Positions 1-9,152 are shown, numbered from the stretch's first letter. The stretch is 64,000 nt of DNA from a virus (IMGVR_UViG_3300025735_000003:21607-85606); one strand, 5' to 3'. Made by a program: numbers and translations. The notes: generated by a model not told the origin, from the letters alone.

Positions 1-102
1 CATCAAAATCTAGGAAATGATACCCCGACACTTTACTCCACACAACCAGAGTTTTATCTTTAATAGATTGATTTGTGTACTCTTCAAAGTCGTTGATGTT
101 AT

Positions 103-378
103 TCATTTTATCATCCTCAATTCAACAGTCATATCAACCTTCCCCGGAATACCTTCCAGCCATTTGTTGAAGAAGTCCATAGCCTGTTGACCCTCTGCAC
201 AAACACTTAGGTAGAATGTGTCTATACGTCTTGGGTATTTACCGTTTGCATCAACGAGGCTGTAGTCAACATTAATAGTAACCTCATCCCATGGTAACGA
301 TTTTGTATATTTCTTCAAAGAGAAGTGATCTAGAAAATCACCCTCAACCGTACCAGTTGCACTGCTCCAGACACTCAT
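103..378 (-). CDS. hypothetical phage protein
   Basis: ORF in a tightly packed minus-strand early cluster; overlaps the next gene by 4 nt. Confidence 0.7.
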   Translation of the reverse strand: MSVWSSATGTVEGDFLDHFSLKKYTKSLPWDEVTINVDYSLVDANGKYPRRIDTFYLSVCAEGQQAMDFFNKWLEGIPGKVDMTVELRMIK

Positions 379-557
379 TTCACCAACTCCTGCGCATATA
401 TCATCGCATCACTCACATTTCCAAATGGCTTAGCAATGTTGTTAAAGATTACTGTCCAAGTGCCGTTTTGTTTGAATGGGAGGATTCCCAATCCGTTCAT
501 GACCATTAGTTGGTTTGAATTACTCATTTGATATGCTCCTTGCCACACACTGTACAC
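375..557 (-). CDS. hypothetical phage protein (start may be internal, MSNSNQ)
   Basis: Coupled ORF in the operon. Confidence 0.55.
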   Translation of the reverse strand: MYSVWQGAYQMSNSNQLMVMNGLGILPFKQNGTWTVIFNNIAKPFGNVSDAMIYAQELVK

Positions 558-769
558 TTATTATAGCTGTCATCACAATTATTGTGATAGTCCCAACCAT
601 CTACCACTTCTTTCGTTGGGTGTGTGCAAACCTTTTGAGCCTCTTGTCTTACTTTGTAAATCTCTTGAAGTCTGGCTTTGTTCTTAGCTTCTTGATTTTT
701 AACTTCTTCTTCATGTGAAGCAAGAGCACTTTTATAGGCAACCATCAAACTTTCTGCTACGATATTCAT
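524..769 (-). CDS. hypothetical protein with C-terminal Cys/His cluster
   Basis: CTHP...CTVCG motif; operon packing. Confidence 0.65.
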   Translation of the reverse strand: MNIVAESLMVAYKSALASHEEEVKNQEAKNKARLQEIYKVRQEAQKVCTHPTKEVVDGWDYHNNCDDSYNKCTVCGKEHIK

Positions 770-770
770 C

Positions 771-971
771 TCAATTCACCTTAATCATAATGGCATTACG
801 CCAAACAGTTGGATAAGTAGCATACTCACGTTGATCCAATACCCCATGAACACGGATACCAGATTCTGTGTAACCATCGGAGATTATTGCAAATCCTTCA
901 CCCTCAGGAGTAAAAGGATCTTCCCAATCTTGAAGAACAACTTTACCCATCCAGCCGAAATCAATATTCAT
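771..971 (-). CDS. hypothetical phage protein
   Basis: Operon packing. Confidence 0.6.
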   Translation of the reverse strand: MNIDFGWMGKVVLQDWEDPFTPEGEGFAIISDGYTESGIRVHGVLDQREYATYPTVWRNAIMIKVN

Positions 972-1029
972 TTAACACCTCGTGCCAAATCGATTGCATT
1001 ATTAATATCTTCTTCGCTAGACTCTGTGC

Positions 1030-1725
1030 TCAAATACATCTTGTTATTACTCCCATAGAAGCTTCATTTTTAAGTCTACTAGCTCTCGCTAAAAGTGAGT
1101 CTGCCACATTCTCTTGGTAAGAGTACATATATTTTGGATCAGTGTACCACCATTCTACGGCTTGCTCAATAGCCCTTGCTTTATTTACCTGCCAAAATCT
1201 GTGAGCTTCTTCTTTTGTTTTGAAGAATCCGCTCACTTGTCCGCTAGGTAGGAATACAGAACTACAATTGACAGCATAGTCAATACTTGTTTTCTTTTTA
1301 CCCTTATATACTCGTAAGCATACGCCTGTAGGAAGATCACGATCTTTTTGTACACTTCTAATGAGCAGCAAGTTAATAACTTTTGGTACAAAGCTGCAAG
1401 TTTCTGGTGAATATATTTTATTACCTTGCACCAAGATGTCCTTGTCGAGCTCCAGTCCTTGCCATACTTGTGTGTTCATCCACTCCACGAATTTGCTTGC
1501 ATAAAGCCAATCCTCACAAGTATGTACTCCAAAATAACTTGAAGTTTCTACACTGTACCTTTTGGCGTATGCCCTATCCATCATATGGCCCCATGCAACG
1601 TAATAGGGACATTTCCACATATCCACCGCCTTTACCTTGCCATTTACTTCTTGATATGTGGTCTTGCAGTATTGATAATCAAGATCATTAATGCCGACGC
1701 CATGTACTATTCTAGTCTTTACCAC
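1030..1725 (-). CDS. HNH-type homing endonuclease-like protein (paralog of 27517-28131)
   Basis: HGVGIND...CPYYVAW...LDKDIL..GNKIYSPETCSFV signature shared with the 27517 ORF. Confidence 0.65.
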   Translation of the reverse strand: MVKTRIVHGVGINDLDYQYCKTTYQEVNGKVKAVDMWKCPYYVAWGHMMDRAYAKRYSVETSSYFGVHTCEDWLYASKFVEWMNTQVWQGLELDKDILVQGNKIYSPETCSFVPKVINLLLIRSVQKDRDLPTGVCLRVYKGKKKTSIDYAVNCSSVFLPSGQVSGFFKTKEEAHRFWQVNKARAIEQAVEWWYTDPKYMYSYQENVADSLLARASRLKNEASMGVITRCI

Positions 1726-1936
1726 TTAATTTACCCATCGCCTTGTCAATTAAACTATTAAGCTCCACATCCGTGTATTCCTGATGCCCCATCCCACAAA
1801 AGAAGTCTTTAGAGTTGTCTGTCAAGCTATCCCACTCAATAGCGCACTGAGACAGGAAGAATGTCCAACGAGCACTATTCAATTTCTCATCTTCTGGTAC
1901 ACGTTTGCTCACTACAGCCTTGCGTGGAGTTTTCAT
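1712..1936 (-). CDS. hypothetical phage protein
   Basis: Operon packing. Confidence 0.6.
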   Translation of the reverse strand: MKTPRKAVVSKRVPEDEKLNSARWTFFLSQCAIEWDSLTDNSKDFFCGMGHQEYTDVELNSLIDKAMGKLSGKD

Positions 1937-2118
1937 TTTAGATTGACTCCTTCAACTTGATAATTTCTTTTGTGGTGTTCATAATCGAAGGAGTACTGTT
2001 CAATCATCAAATCTCTATGGATAACAGCATCTTCGAACTCGTAATAGGCGTCCAGCAATTTGGTTTTAGTTCCATCAATATCATCCCACCAAATTTCCTT
2101 TACAGTATAAATTTTCAT
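1933..2118 (-). CDS. hypothetical phage protein
   Basis: AGGAG RBS; downstream of a promoter. Confidence 0.65.
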   Translation of the reverse strand: MKIYTVKEIWWDDIDGTKTKLLDAYYEFEDAVIHRDLMIEQYSFDYEHHKRNYQVEGVNLK

Positions 2119-2196
2119 AACATTCTCTCCTATTTATCCTACATAACATACCTATTTCATTTATTTCAGCGCTTTAACGCCATGTCTTGTGTGTTG

Positions 2197-2225
2197 ATTA
2201 TGATGGGTTGAAAGGAAGCTGTCAA
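2197..2225 (-). promoter_or_regulatory. sigma70-like early promoter
   Basis: TTGACA-N17-CATAAT on the minus strand. Confidence 0.75.
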
Positions 2226-2382
2226 GAATTACTTGAATAATATTTCTGACCTTCTTCTGTCTCCATCCATTTATCATGGTGTTCACACATTTTGTCATAA
2301 TCGTGACAAGCTGAGTCCCACATTGTCCACTCTTCTACGGGTTTATTTTTATAGTCTTGGTTATATTCTAGATTTTCATAAT

Positions 2383-2571
2383 TCATTTTGTTTTCTCCTC
2401 ATTATCAATGAAGAATTTACATTCTTTTACAGGATCTTTAATCGAGGCTTCCATGCATATCCACGGCTGATATCTAGGAGCAGCCTCTACCAAAGACCGA
2501 TAGCAAAGTTCCTTTCGTGGGCAGTTTGTGCCGGGGCACTTGGAGAACACGCTCATTCTGAATAATCCCAA
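2383..2571 (-). CDS. small Cys-rich phage protein
   Basis: KCPGTNCPRKELCYR...C pattern. Confidence 0.6.
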   Translation of the reverse strand: MGLFRMSVFSKCPGTNCPRKELCYRSLVEAAPRYQPWICMEASIKDPVKECKFFIDNEEKTK

Positions 2572-2785
2572 TCAAGACAGAAATCTTCATATTCACTACT
2601 TTCTAGCCACTGAGAGTGTATTGAGTCACAGTCTCCTGATGGTGTATATTTATATAACCAATCTTCAAACGCCCGCTGTTCTGCATTCTTTAAATCTTTG
2701 TTCATCACTCTTCTCCCAAATCAAACTCAAACGCTTCAATAATTAGCTCAATTTCAAATGTGGTCATAGACCAAACCTATTCCAC

Positions 2786-2814
2786 ACTGTACCATCATCG
2801 CACAATGCTGTCAT
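2786..2814 (-). promoter_or_regulatory. possible sigma70 promoter
   Basis: ATGACA-N17-TACAGT. Confidence 0.45.
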
Positions 2815-2882
2815 CACAAAATTGCACTGAGTATCTTGTACATTCTCAACACCTGTCACACAGATTTGAATGATTTTACGTG

Positions 2883-3104
2883 TCATTTCTCTTCCCCATT
2901 AATTGTCTGAATAACTGTAACTTTTAATTTAGTCATATCCTCTGCACAACCTGCAACCAGTCTAGGCCCAAGCCACGTAGGAACAGTGACAGTGAAATAA
3001 TAACCCTTTTGTTGAGCACATGAGATCATTATTTTATAGTAGTCGGGGGATTGGAGGTTGCATCCTGACAAGAGCAAAACTGATAATAAGAGAATGTATT
3101 TCAT
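2883..3104 (-). CDS. predicted lipoprotein
   Basis: MKYILLLSVLLLSG-C: basic N-terminus, hydrophobic stretch, lipobox LSGC. Confidence 0.7.
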   Translation of the reverse strand: MKYILLLSVLLLSGCNLQSPDYYKIMISCAQQKGYYFTVTVPTWLGPRLVAGCAEDMTKLKVTVIQTINGEEK

Positions 3105-3391
3105 TAAAATAAATCTCCTTTTGGATAAGTCGTTACTGGAGTGAACGGAAGGGTCTTGTCCATTACAATCATCTCTCCAAACATAATATAATCAGAGAAA
3201 CAAATCCATTCTACATCGTAATCTTTGAAGACTTCTTTGTGAGCAGTGTTCATCACAATAACACACGTTCTTGTATCAAACCAAGATGGGAGCTTTAAAA
3301 GTTTGATTAACTCTTCTGTTGCTGGTGGTTTGTATTCTTCAAGCAACCCGAGCATACCTTGGATTTGGCTGATTTGGTTTTCTGTAATCAT
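3104..3391 (-). CDS. hypothetical phage protein
   Basis: Operon packing. Confidence 0.65.
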   Translation of the reverse strand: MITENQISQIQGMLGLLEEYKPPATEELIKLLKLPSWFDTRTCVIVMNTAHKEVFKDYDVEWICFSDYIMFGEMIVMDKTLPFTPVTTYPKGDLF

Positions 3392-3813
3392 TTCTTACTC
3401 CTATATTCTTCAGGCCAAGGTTGGTCACAATGACGACAGTGATTGAATCCCCACATATGAAGTCCACCAGTTTGTGGACAGATTGAACAATCATCTGGTG
3501 GGTAGTCGATGTACACAGTCTTAGGTTGTTCTTCAGAGTCGTCAATAGATCCAAACGATTCAAACCCACCAACACCTAGAACACAGTCTAAGTAATCGCT
3601 ACCTGTACCGCTGTAAGTGTGTCCCTGTTCAGCTTGTGCTACCTGTTGAGCAGCAACCCAGCCTTGCCACTTTAGATTGAATTCCCCGATTGCTCCTAGT
3701 GGATATTTGAACCTGTAGTCTGTATGTTCGAAGTACAGTCCCATTTGCTCTGAATAAATAAACCCTTCAGGTTTTTGGAAGAACTGTTCAAATTGTTGTT
3801 GGTTCATTTCCAT
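3388..3813 (-). CDS. hypothetical protein with C-terminal Zn-finger-like motif
   Basis: CSIC...H...CRHC; GGAGG RBS. Confidence 0.7.
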   Translation of the reverse strand: MEMNQQQFEQFFQKPEGFIYSEQMGLYFEHTDYRFKYPLGAIGEFNLKWQGWVAAQQVAQAEQGHTYSGTGSDYLDCVLGVGGFESFGSIDDSEEQPKTVYIDYPPDDCSICPQTGGLHMWGFNHCRHCDQPWPEEYRSKK

Positions 3814-4143
3814 TTAGCCTCCAAGTGTTTGTAGACATCAATGAATGCACGTTCCAATGCATAGAATTCATCATCGTGAACTAGGCTGACGATAGTCTGT
3901 ACAGATGGAATATCTGCAAATTCTTCAGCTACTAAGATCTGGAAGCTTTCGTACTCGTCTTGTTTTGTGTAGTATTCTGTCATTCTGGTTTCTCCAATTC
4001 TCTAGTCAAACGTTCAACCTCATTCCGAAGATATTCATTATCGATACCTAGGTAAACAATAACCTGTGCTGCTGACATACCAGCGAAACCAAGGTGGTTG
4101 CTGGCTTCCATAGCCTCATCATACCAACATTTATAGTCGTTGT

Positions 4144-4353
4144 TCATTTCATTTCTCCTATAATTGCAACTCTGCGGAAGTCCCTTCGGAATAACTTGTG
4201 ACTAACCATTGGAATTTTCATCCAAGCAAAACAATCTGTCATCTTAACTACTTCGCCTGAATACAAGTATGATCCATTATCAGCACCAAATACAACTTTA
4301 TCGCCTACTCGTATTTGTTTATTATTCACGTCAAGCGGCAGTGTTGGTAGCAT
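4144..4353 (-). CDS. hypothetical protein (YopX/SH3-like small beta fold possible)
   Basis: LDVNNKQIRVGDKVVF motif. Confidence 0.6.
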   Translation of the reverse strand: MLPTLPLDVNNKQIRVGDKVVFGADNGSYLYSGEVVKMTDCFAWMKIPMVSHKLFRRDFRRVAIIGEMK

Positions 4354-4541
4354 TATTCTTCTCCGTACATATGTCTATAGCTCATCATTGTATTCAAGTA
4401 GTCCTCATAAGATGAGTGGTCAATATCTTCCCAATTACCTTTTGGGTATTCATAGCTGACTGTCAGAAACTCCTTGTCGCCTTTGTACTCTTCGAATTGC
4501 TCTCTTGTGTAAGCACTCATTTTAAATCCACTCCGGTTCAT
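4353..4541 (-). CDS. hypothetical phage protein
   Basis: Operon packing. Confidence 0.55.
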   Translation of the reverse strand: MNRSGFKMSAYTREQFEEYKGDKEFLTVSYEYPKGNWEDIDHSSYEDYLNTMMSYRHMYGEE

Positions 4542-5016
4542 TTCTAAGGCTCCAACTTACACTAATCGGCTTCTCTCTGCAAGCCCATTCACGGAATTTC
4601 TCACGGAGATAGGCTTTATAGGCAACCGTCTGATCAAAAATCCCCAATCGTTTATACTCATCATCCATACACATAGCAAATGGGTCGAGCGGTGCTCTTT
4701 TAATATTGCATGGAAGCTTATCCAGCACAGATAGTAGCTCAGAAGTCTTATGAATCTTTCCTGTGCGAAAGGTGTATTCATTGCAAAGAGCTTCGAAGTG
4801 AGCATAGAGCCATTGGTAGTTTCATGAGGTTGAGCGGGTCCAGACAGCGCTAGGATGGTTACGATGAGTAGGTTTGTATCCAACCTGAATACCGTCCAAT
4901 TCAAAGTGTACAGTAGACAGCAATTGGCTAGCCTCAATTATCATTTTTCGGTTATGTACGTCACAGTGGTCTTGTGCCGATTTGATTGGGCAAATGTCGG
5001 TGACAAAGATATTCAT
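4522..5016 (-). pseudogene. pyrimidine-dimer DNA glycosylase (DenV/Pyr_excise-like) gene with one in-frame TGA at 4822-4824
   Basis: Manual translation is continuous in one frame: MNIFVTD..DHCDVHNRKMIIEASQLLST..YKPTHRNHPSAVWTRSTS*NYQWLYAHFEALCNEYTFRTGKIHK..LDKLPCNI..PFAMCMDDEYK..AYKAY..W. Confidence 0.8.
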
Positions 5017-5049
5017 GAGAAGGCCTCTGTGTGAATGGCTGATGTGAGA

Positions 5050-5078
5050 ATAATACAGACAAAAGAAAAGGCCGTCAA
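5050..5078 (-). promoter_or_regulatory. sigma70-like promoter
   Basis: TTGACG-N17-TATTAT. Confidence 0.7.
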
Positions 5079-5085
5079 GCGGCCT
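5060..5085 (-). terminator. intrinsic terminator overlapping the -35 of the next promoter
   Basis: AGGCCG-CTTGA-CGGCCT stem followed by TTTTCTTTT on the minus strand. Confidence 0.7.
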
Positions 5086-5258
5086 GTAGGGTTATTTGTG
5101 TTTATCTGCTTCAGCCATTAATTCCTTAGCAGTCTTCGCAATACGTTCTTTCCAAACCTTCTCAGCCTCTTGCCAAGTATTCCTGTTGTAATTGCAAGGA
5201 CCAACAAGATTCGCTGCTACAAGCATGTATTGGTCAAATCTTGACATTTCATTGTCCA

Positions 5259-5477
5259 TCACTTTTCCTCGTATTTAGATTTATCACAGGACAAGATCAT
5301 TTCAGCTTGTCCTTCCCAATTAAAATTAAGCTGGTCGTGCATATCTTTGTAAGAGAACCCTAGACGTTTCATAGCATGGAGTGCTTCCTTACGAGCTTCA
5401 AGGAAATCTCCCCACCACTTGTACGATTCGTCAAATTGTTTTAGTTCCTGTTTGTTCATATCAATACTCCAAATCAT
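5259..5477 (-). CDS. hypothetical phage protein
   Basis: Operon packing. Confidence 0.55.
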   Translation of the reverse strand: MIWSIDMNKQELKQFDESYKWWGDFLEARKEALHAMKRLGFSYKDMHDQLNFNWEGQAEMILSCDKSKYEEK

Positions 5478-5952
5478 CAGGATTAAAATTACTTTCAGGA
5501 TAATAATTCACATCAGACATGCTGTCAAGTACATCTTCAGGGAAATCGTATTCAAATTCCAACATCTCAACGACTACAACAGCCTTTTGGCTTCCTTTTT
5601 TCTTATCCTTATACCACAACTGTAGGTTTGGCACATATGTATATACGTTTTTAGGATAACCATTAAAGCGCTTCTTATATACAGTTGTCAAACCATCTTC
5701 AATAAACTTGCGTAGAATATTCCCTGTTGCCTTCAAGTCCATGTTACACATATCAGCGATAGATTGCTGCGTGTCGTAGTATTCATTTCCTAGACTTTTG
5801 AAGAAGTCAAATCTATTTTTAAGATGTGCGTAAATAACCTTATCACTAAGGTTCATCTTGACACACTCACCGTTACTATTTACATACCCACCAGCATTAA
5901 GCAGCTTATAGGGCATCATCAGAAATTGATTTTCGTTTCGTTGCTTTGTCAT
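5461..5952 (-). CDS. winged-HTH protein resembling phage/plasmid replication-initiator N-termini
   Basis: FLMMPYKLL..LSDKVIYAHL..YYDTQQSIADMCNMDLKATGNILRKF (HTH) and an acidic tail. Confidence 0.6.
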   Translation of the reverse strand: MTKQRNENQFLMMPYKLLNAGGYVNSNGECVKMNLSDKVIYAHLKNRFDFFKSLGNEYYDTQQSIADMCNMDLKATGNILRKFIEDGLTTVYKKRFNGYPKNVYTYVPNLQLWYKDKKKGSQKAVVVVEMLEFEYDFPEDVLDSMSDVNYYPESNFNPDDLEY

Positions 5953-6015
5953 ATTTCACCTGCGTTCTTAGAGTTCTTTTCATTTGGTTGTGATTCCTAA
6001 AGTTCTTAGTTTCTA

Positions 6016-6144
6016 TTAATTATTCTTCATTTCAGACACCTCCATAATTTTAAACATACACTGCAAAATGAAAGACTGACGTGACTTGCTGCCACGATTC
6101 TGGTCAATCCAAGTAAGCAAGTGTTTAGGAATAATAAGGCTCAT
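6016..6144 (-). CDS. small ribbon-helix-helix (CopG/Arc-like) protein
   Basis: MSLIIPKHLLTWIDQNRGSKSRQSFILQCM, a beta-helix-helix pattern; 42 aa from the ATG at 6144. Confidence 0.5.
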   Translation of the reverse strand: MSLIIPKHLLTWIDQNRGSKSRQSFILQCMFKIMEVSEMKNN

Positions 6145-6413
6145 TTTGTATCTCTCCATAAGGATAATTTCGTATGGGGTGAAAATGCCCATACACATTC
6201 ATATCTCTTTCACTTCGTTCTGGCACACAAACAATATTAAGATCATACACCTATGTGATGCCGAACGCAAGACAAAGGCATGCAATTATGCAATCAAAAG
6301 AGAAAAGCTCTTCGCTCTGCTCATGTCGTGCTCCGCTCTTGAATTGTACGCTATCTATTTATCAATCTTATTATTTCAATCTATCTCATTCAATATAATT
6401 ATTGGTGTGAAAA

Positions 6414-6456
6414 TACCCATAGGGTGTGTGGCGAAAGTACCTACAGGCTATGGGTA
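6414..6456. repeat. 9-bp inverted repeat TACCCATAG / CTATGGGTA in a non-coding spacer
   Basis: Arms at 6414-6422 and 6448-6456. Confidence 0.8.
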
Positions 6457-6464
6457 GAAAATGA

Positions 6465-6665
6465 CTACAGAGGCTCTTCCCATTGAATCACAATCTCATC
6501 AGTCTTGTAATCATGAAACTCAAAGTATGTCAATCCATCTTTAGGCTTAGGATTTAGCACACTGTCATTACAAGGAAATCCTTTCTCTTTTAGTAGGTGC
6601 ATGATTGAACAGTTAGGTGGTTGATTTAGGATATCACCCATTCCTATACGAATCTCTTTAATCAT
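6465..6665 (-). CDS. hypothetical phage protein
   Basis: Operon packing. Confidence 0.6.
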   Translation of the reverse strand: MIKEIRIGMGDILNQPPNCSIMHLLKEKGFPCNDSVLNPKPKDGLTYFEFHDYKTDEIVIQWEEPL

Positions 6666-6856
6666 TCCTCAACCTCCAAGAATTCCCAAGTGTCTACCAC
6701 ATCTTTATCATATGTGTAATCATAAAAACCATTACCAATAATAAATTGGTGGCTTGTTTCTTCAAAGGTGATAACTGGATCTACCCAATCTTGTGAACCA
6801 TCTTTAAATGTTACGTGAAACTGTTTCATATCAATCTCCTTAATTTGTACAACCAA
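6662..6856 (-). CDS. hypothetical phage protein
   Basis: AAGGAG RBS before the internal Met (MKQFHV). Confidence 0.6.
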   Translation of the reverse strand: MVVQIKEIDMKQFHVTFKDGSQDWVDPVITFEETSHQFIIGNGFYDYTYDKDVVDTWEFLEVEE

Positions 6857-7088
6857 TTTATTGATAAATCATCTCACATTCACCCCTCAAATAGCAAGGA
6901 AATGAAGATGGTATTATTTCAAGTGGTTAGGGTTTAACTTGAAGATTGTTCATCCTCAAAAAGTTTCATGTCCTCTACAAACCTCTCTACAGCTTCCTTG
7001 CTAGCATTGATTTCAAAGAAACGTGTTTCACCTACTTGAATAAAATCATCCGCATCTAATGTGAAACCATAACCTTCTTTATCATCAC

Positions 7089-7415
7089 TCATTTCCATTC
7101 CTCTCGATTACGATATTGGACAGTCCCATCTACAAAATACATAGGCTCTTTAGTGCTATAATTCTTAAGCCAAACACCTGTATTAACCCAATGACTCCAA
7201 AGCATGTAGGATTGTTCAAGTGTAAGCTTCCAACAATTCATCTTAACATCATCAGGGATTTGCTTATCCCATGTGTCCTCTGTGAACATCTGTAGAGTGA
7301 TCTTGGCATCTTCGTTCATCAAATAGCGACCAGAATTGTACCTTGTGTACCAAGGCTGAGCTACTGGTGACGGTTTAGGTTTCTTATTCCAGAACATCAC
7401 TCTTCTCCCTTCCAT
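7089..7415 (-). CDS. hypothetical phage protein
   Basis: Operon packing. Confidence 0.6.
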   Translation of the reverse strand: MEGRRVMFWNKKPKPSPVAQPWYTRYNSGRYLMNEDAKITLQMFTEDTWDKQIPDDVKMNCWKLTLEQSYMLWSHWVNTGVWLKNYSTKEPMYFVDGTVQYRNREEWK

Positions 7416-7588
7416 TCCACATCATAAACAGGACACACATCAGACAACATCCTGACGTACGTATCATAATCCATAAAATTCCCTACCAAGAAGAATATTC
7501 CCTGACTATTCATAACAATCATCTCTCCCTCTTTCAGCTTAATCTTCTGTCCCGTAGATGTGTCGATTATTTTGAATTTCTTTTTCAT
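7397..7588 (-). CDS. hypothetical phage protein
   Basis: Operon packing. Confidence 0.6.
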   Translation of the reverse strand: MKKKFKIIDTSTGQKIKLKEGEMIVMNSQGIFFLVGNFMDYDTYVRMLSDVCPVYDVEWKGEE

Positions 7589-7812
7589 TTAATCTGACCC
7601 TTCTCAAGCTCATCCATTACAAAATTCCAGCCGTTTCGTCGCTCTAGATCAAACTTGACCAATTCGTACATTTTGACTAAGGTTGTGGTCTTGATGCTGA
7701 ATCGGGCACCATCTACGTCAGTGAACGTACTGTAATATTGGTTTGGGTTGGCTGACTGGTAATCTTCAATAGTCAGTCCTTTATCGGTAATTTTCATGGT
7801 GCTTCTCCTCAT
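7585..7812 (-). CDS. hypothetical phage protein (first gene of the leftward operon)
   Basis: GAGGAG RBS upstream of MKITDK. Confidence 0.6.
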   Translation of the reverse strand: MRRSTMKITDKGLTIEDYQSANPNQYYSTFTDVDGARFSIKTTTLVKMYELVKFDLERRNGWNFVMDELEKGQIK

Positions 7813-7826
7813 TGGTTGATGTGCCT

Positions 7827-7855
7827 AGAATAACGTCATCAGATCATGCTGTCAA
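7827..7855 (-). promoter_or_regulatory. leftward sigma70 promoter of a divergent pair
   Basis: TTGACA-N17-TATTCT. Confidence 0.75.
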
Positions 7856-7886
7856 GCACCCTTTTCGAAAAATCTTCTGACAGAGT

Positions 7887-7926
7887 GTAGATAAATCTAC
7901 CAAACAAATTTGCTAGACAAATCTAC
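7887..7926. repeat. operator-like direct repeat, first copy palindromic
   Basis: GTAGATAAATCTAC (7887-7900) and CTAGACAAATCTAC (7913-7926). Confidence 0.65.
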
Positions 7927-7990
7927 TGAATAAATGTGCCCAGGGGGTTTCCCCTGAAATGAGAGCTTAGAGAATATTTTAAATCAACCC

Positions 7991-8019
7991 TTGACAGGTG
8001 TGGATCTGAGGGGTAGGAT
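7991..8019 (+). promoter_or_regulatory. rightward sigma70 promoter of a divergent pair
   Basis: TTGACA-N17-TAGGAT. Confidence 0.75.
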
Positions 8020-8062
8020 TGGTGTATCTGAAGTAAATCAATGAACGTTAAGGAGTAGTGAA

Positions 8063-8539
8063 ATGGGCATGTACACAGGTCTTCGTGGTAAAATCACCCT
8101 TAAAGATGATAGCTTGAGCAAGGTAATTATTGAGAAAGATTTCGATTGGGGTTCTATCAGAAATTCTTACTTCAATGAAACCGTGTCAGCATGGGCGAAT
8201 GTTGGTCGTTGCAATTTTATTCCGTTTGGTGCAGTCTGCTATATGCCAGATTCTTGGGGCGATTGGTTCCAGACAGTTAATGGCCTAACCTTGACATTCT
8301 GCTGCTCACTGAAAAATTATGAGCAAGAGATGCAGACATTTATTGACAAGCTACTTCCAGAGGTTGCTGAAGATTGGTCACTGGAGAGCTTGTATGAGGA
8401 ATCGGCTTATAGTACACTCTACAAGAAGGGTCAAGAACCAGATGAAGAATTCAACACATATAAAGATTATGATCCGTATGACCAGTACGAAAGAGCTATC
8501 GAACAGAAACCTTTCACGGATGTGTTCAAGCTCTCTTGA
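8063..8539 (+). CDS. conserved hypothetical phage protein
   Basis: AAGGAG RBS; MGMYTGLRGK N-terminus typical of phage hypotheticals. Confidence 0.75.
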   Translation: MGMYTGLRGKITLKDDSLSKVIIEKDFDWGSIRNSYFNETVSAWANVGRCNFIPFGAVCYMPDSWGDWFQTVNGLTLTFCCSLKNYEQEMQTFIDKLLPEVAEDWSLESLYEESAYSTLYKKGQEPDEEFNTYKDYDPYDQYERAIEQKPFTDVFKLS

Positions 8540-8616
8540 CCCCTCACAAACAATGTGACAAGATGCTGTGACTTGTAGAAATGTAAGCAAACAAATTTGA
8601 ATGAATTATTAATGTA

Positions 8617-8886
8617 ATGCTATGCAGCGAAAGCTATTCTAAGAGTAGTGGCTGTGGGAGAGATGGGATGATTTCAGGATATGTGTTAGCAAGGCAAACT
8701 GCCGTAGAAATGCCTAATGGTGCTCGTAGTGAGCTAGGTTATACACTTTTGGATGGTGTTGGCGTATTCCACTCTATTGAAGAGGTGTATGAAGTCATCA
8801 AGGATTTGAATTTACCTCTTGGCTGGGTGGCTATGTCGGTAGACCAACTTCTTCCGGGTTATATGCTTCCAAAGGAGAATAAATAA
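8617..8886 (+). CDS. hypothetical protein (start probably at MISGY)
   Basis: Operon packing. Confidence 0.55.
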   Translation: MLCSESYSKSSGCGRDGMISGYVLARQTAVEMPNGARSELGYTLLDGVGVFHSIEEVYEVIKDLNLPLGWVAMSVDQLLPGYMLPKENK

Positions 8887-9152
8887 TGAGTATGCATCAA
8901 GAGATTATGAATATTCCTGTACCAAAATCGGTTATCCACAATCTTGAGCATCCTGATTGTAAAGACATGTTTTCCGCCCATTCTTACAAGATTGGACATC
9001 GAGACGCTCGCCATGCGGCTGCTGAATTGTCTTTGAAGGCTGAAGCTAGGATTGAGGAGATTGAGTTGCTCCTGAGACAAGCAAGGAGTATGGTTAACGG
9101 GGCCAGTGATGAGTGGCACAATAAAGTCGCTGAAATTCTGGGGAATAGATAA
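8886..9152 (+). CDS. hypothetical phage protein
   Basis: AGGAG RBS; YKIGHRDARHAAAEL motif. Confidence 0.7.
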   Translation: MSMHQEIMNIPVPKSVIHNLEHPDCKDMFSAHSYKIGHRDARHAAAELSLKAEARIEEIELLLRQARSMVNGASDEWHNKVAEILGNR

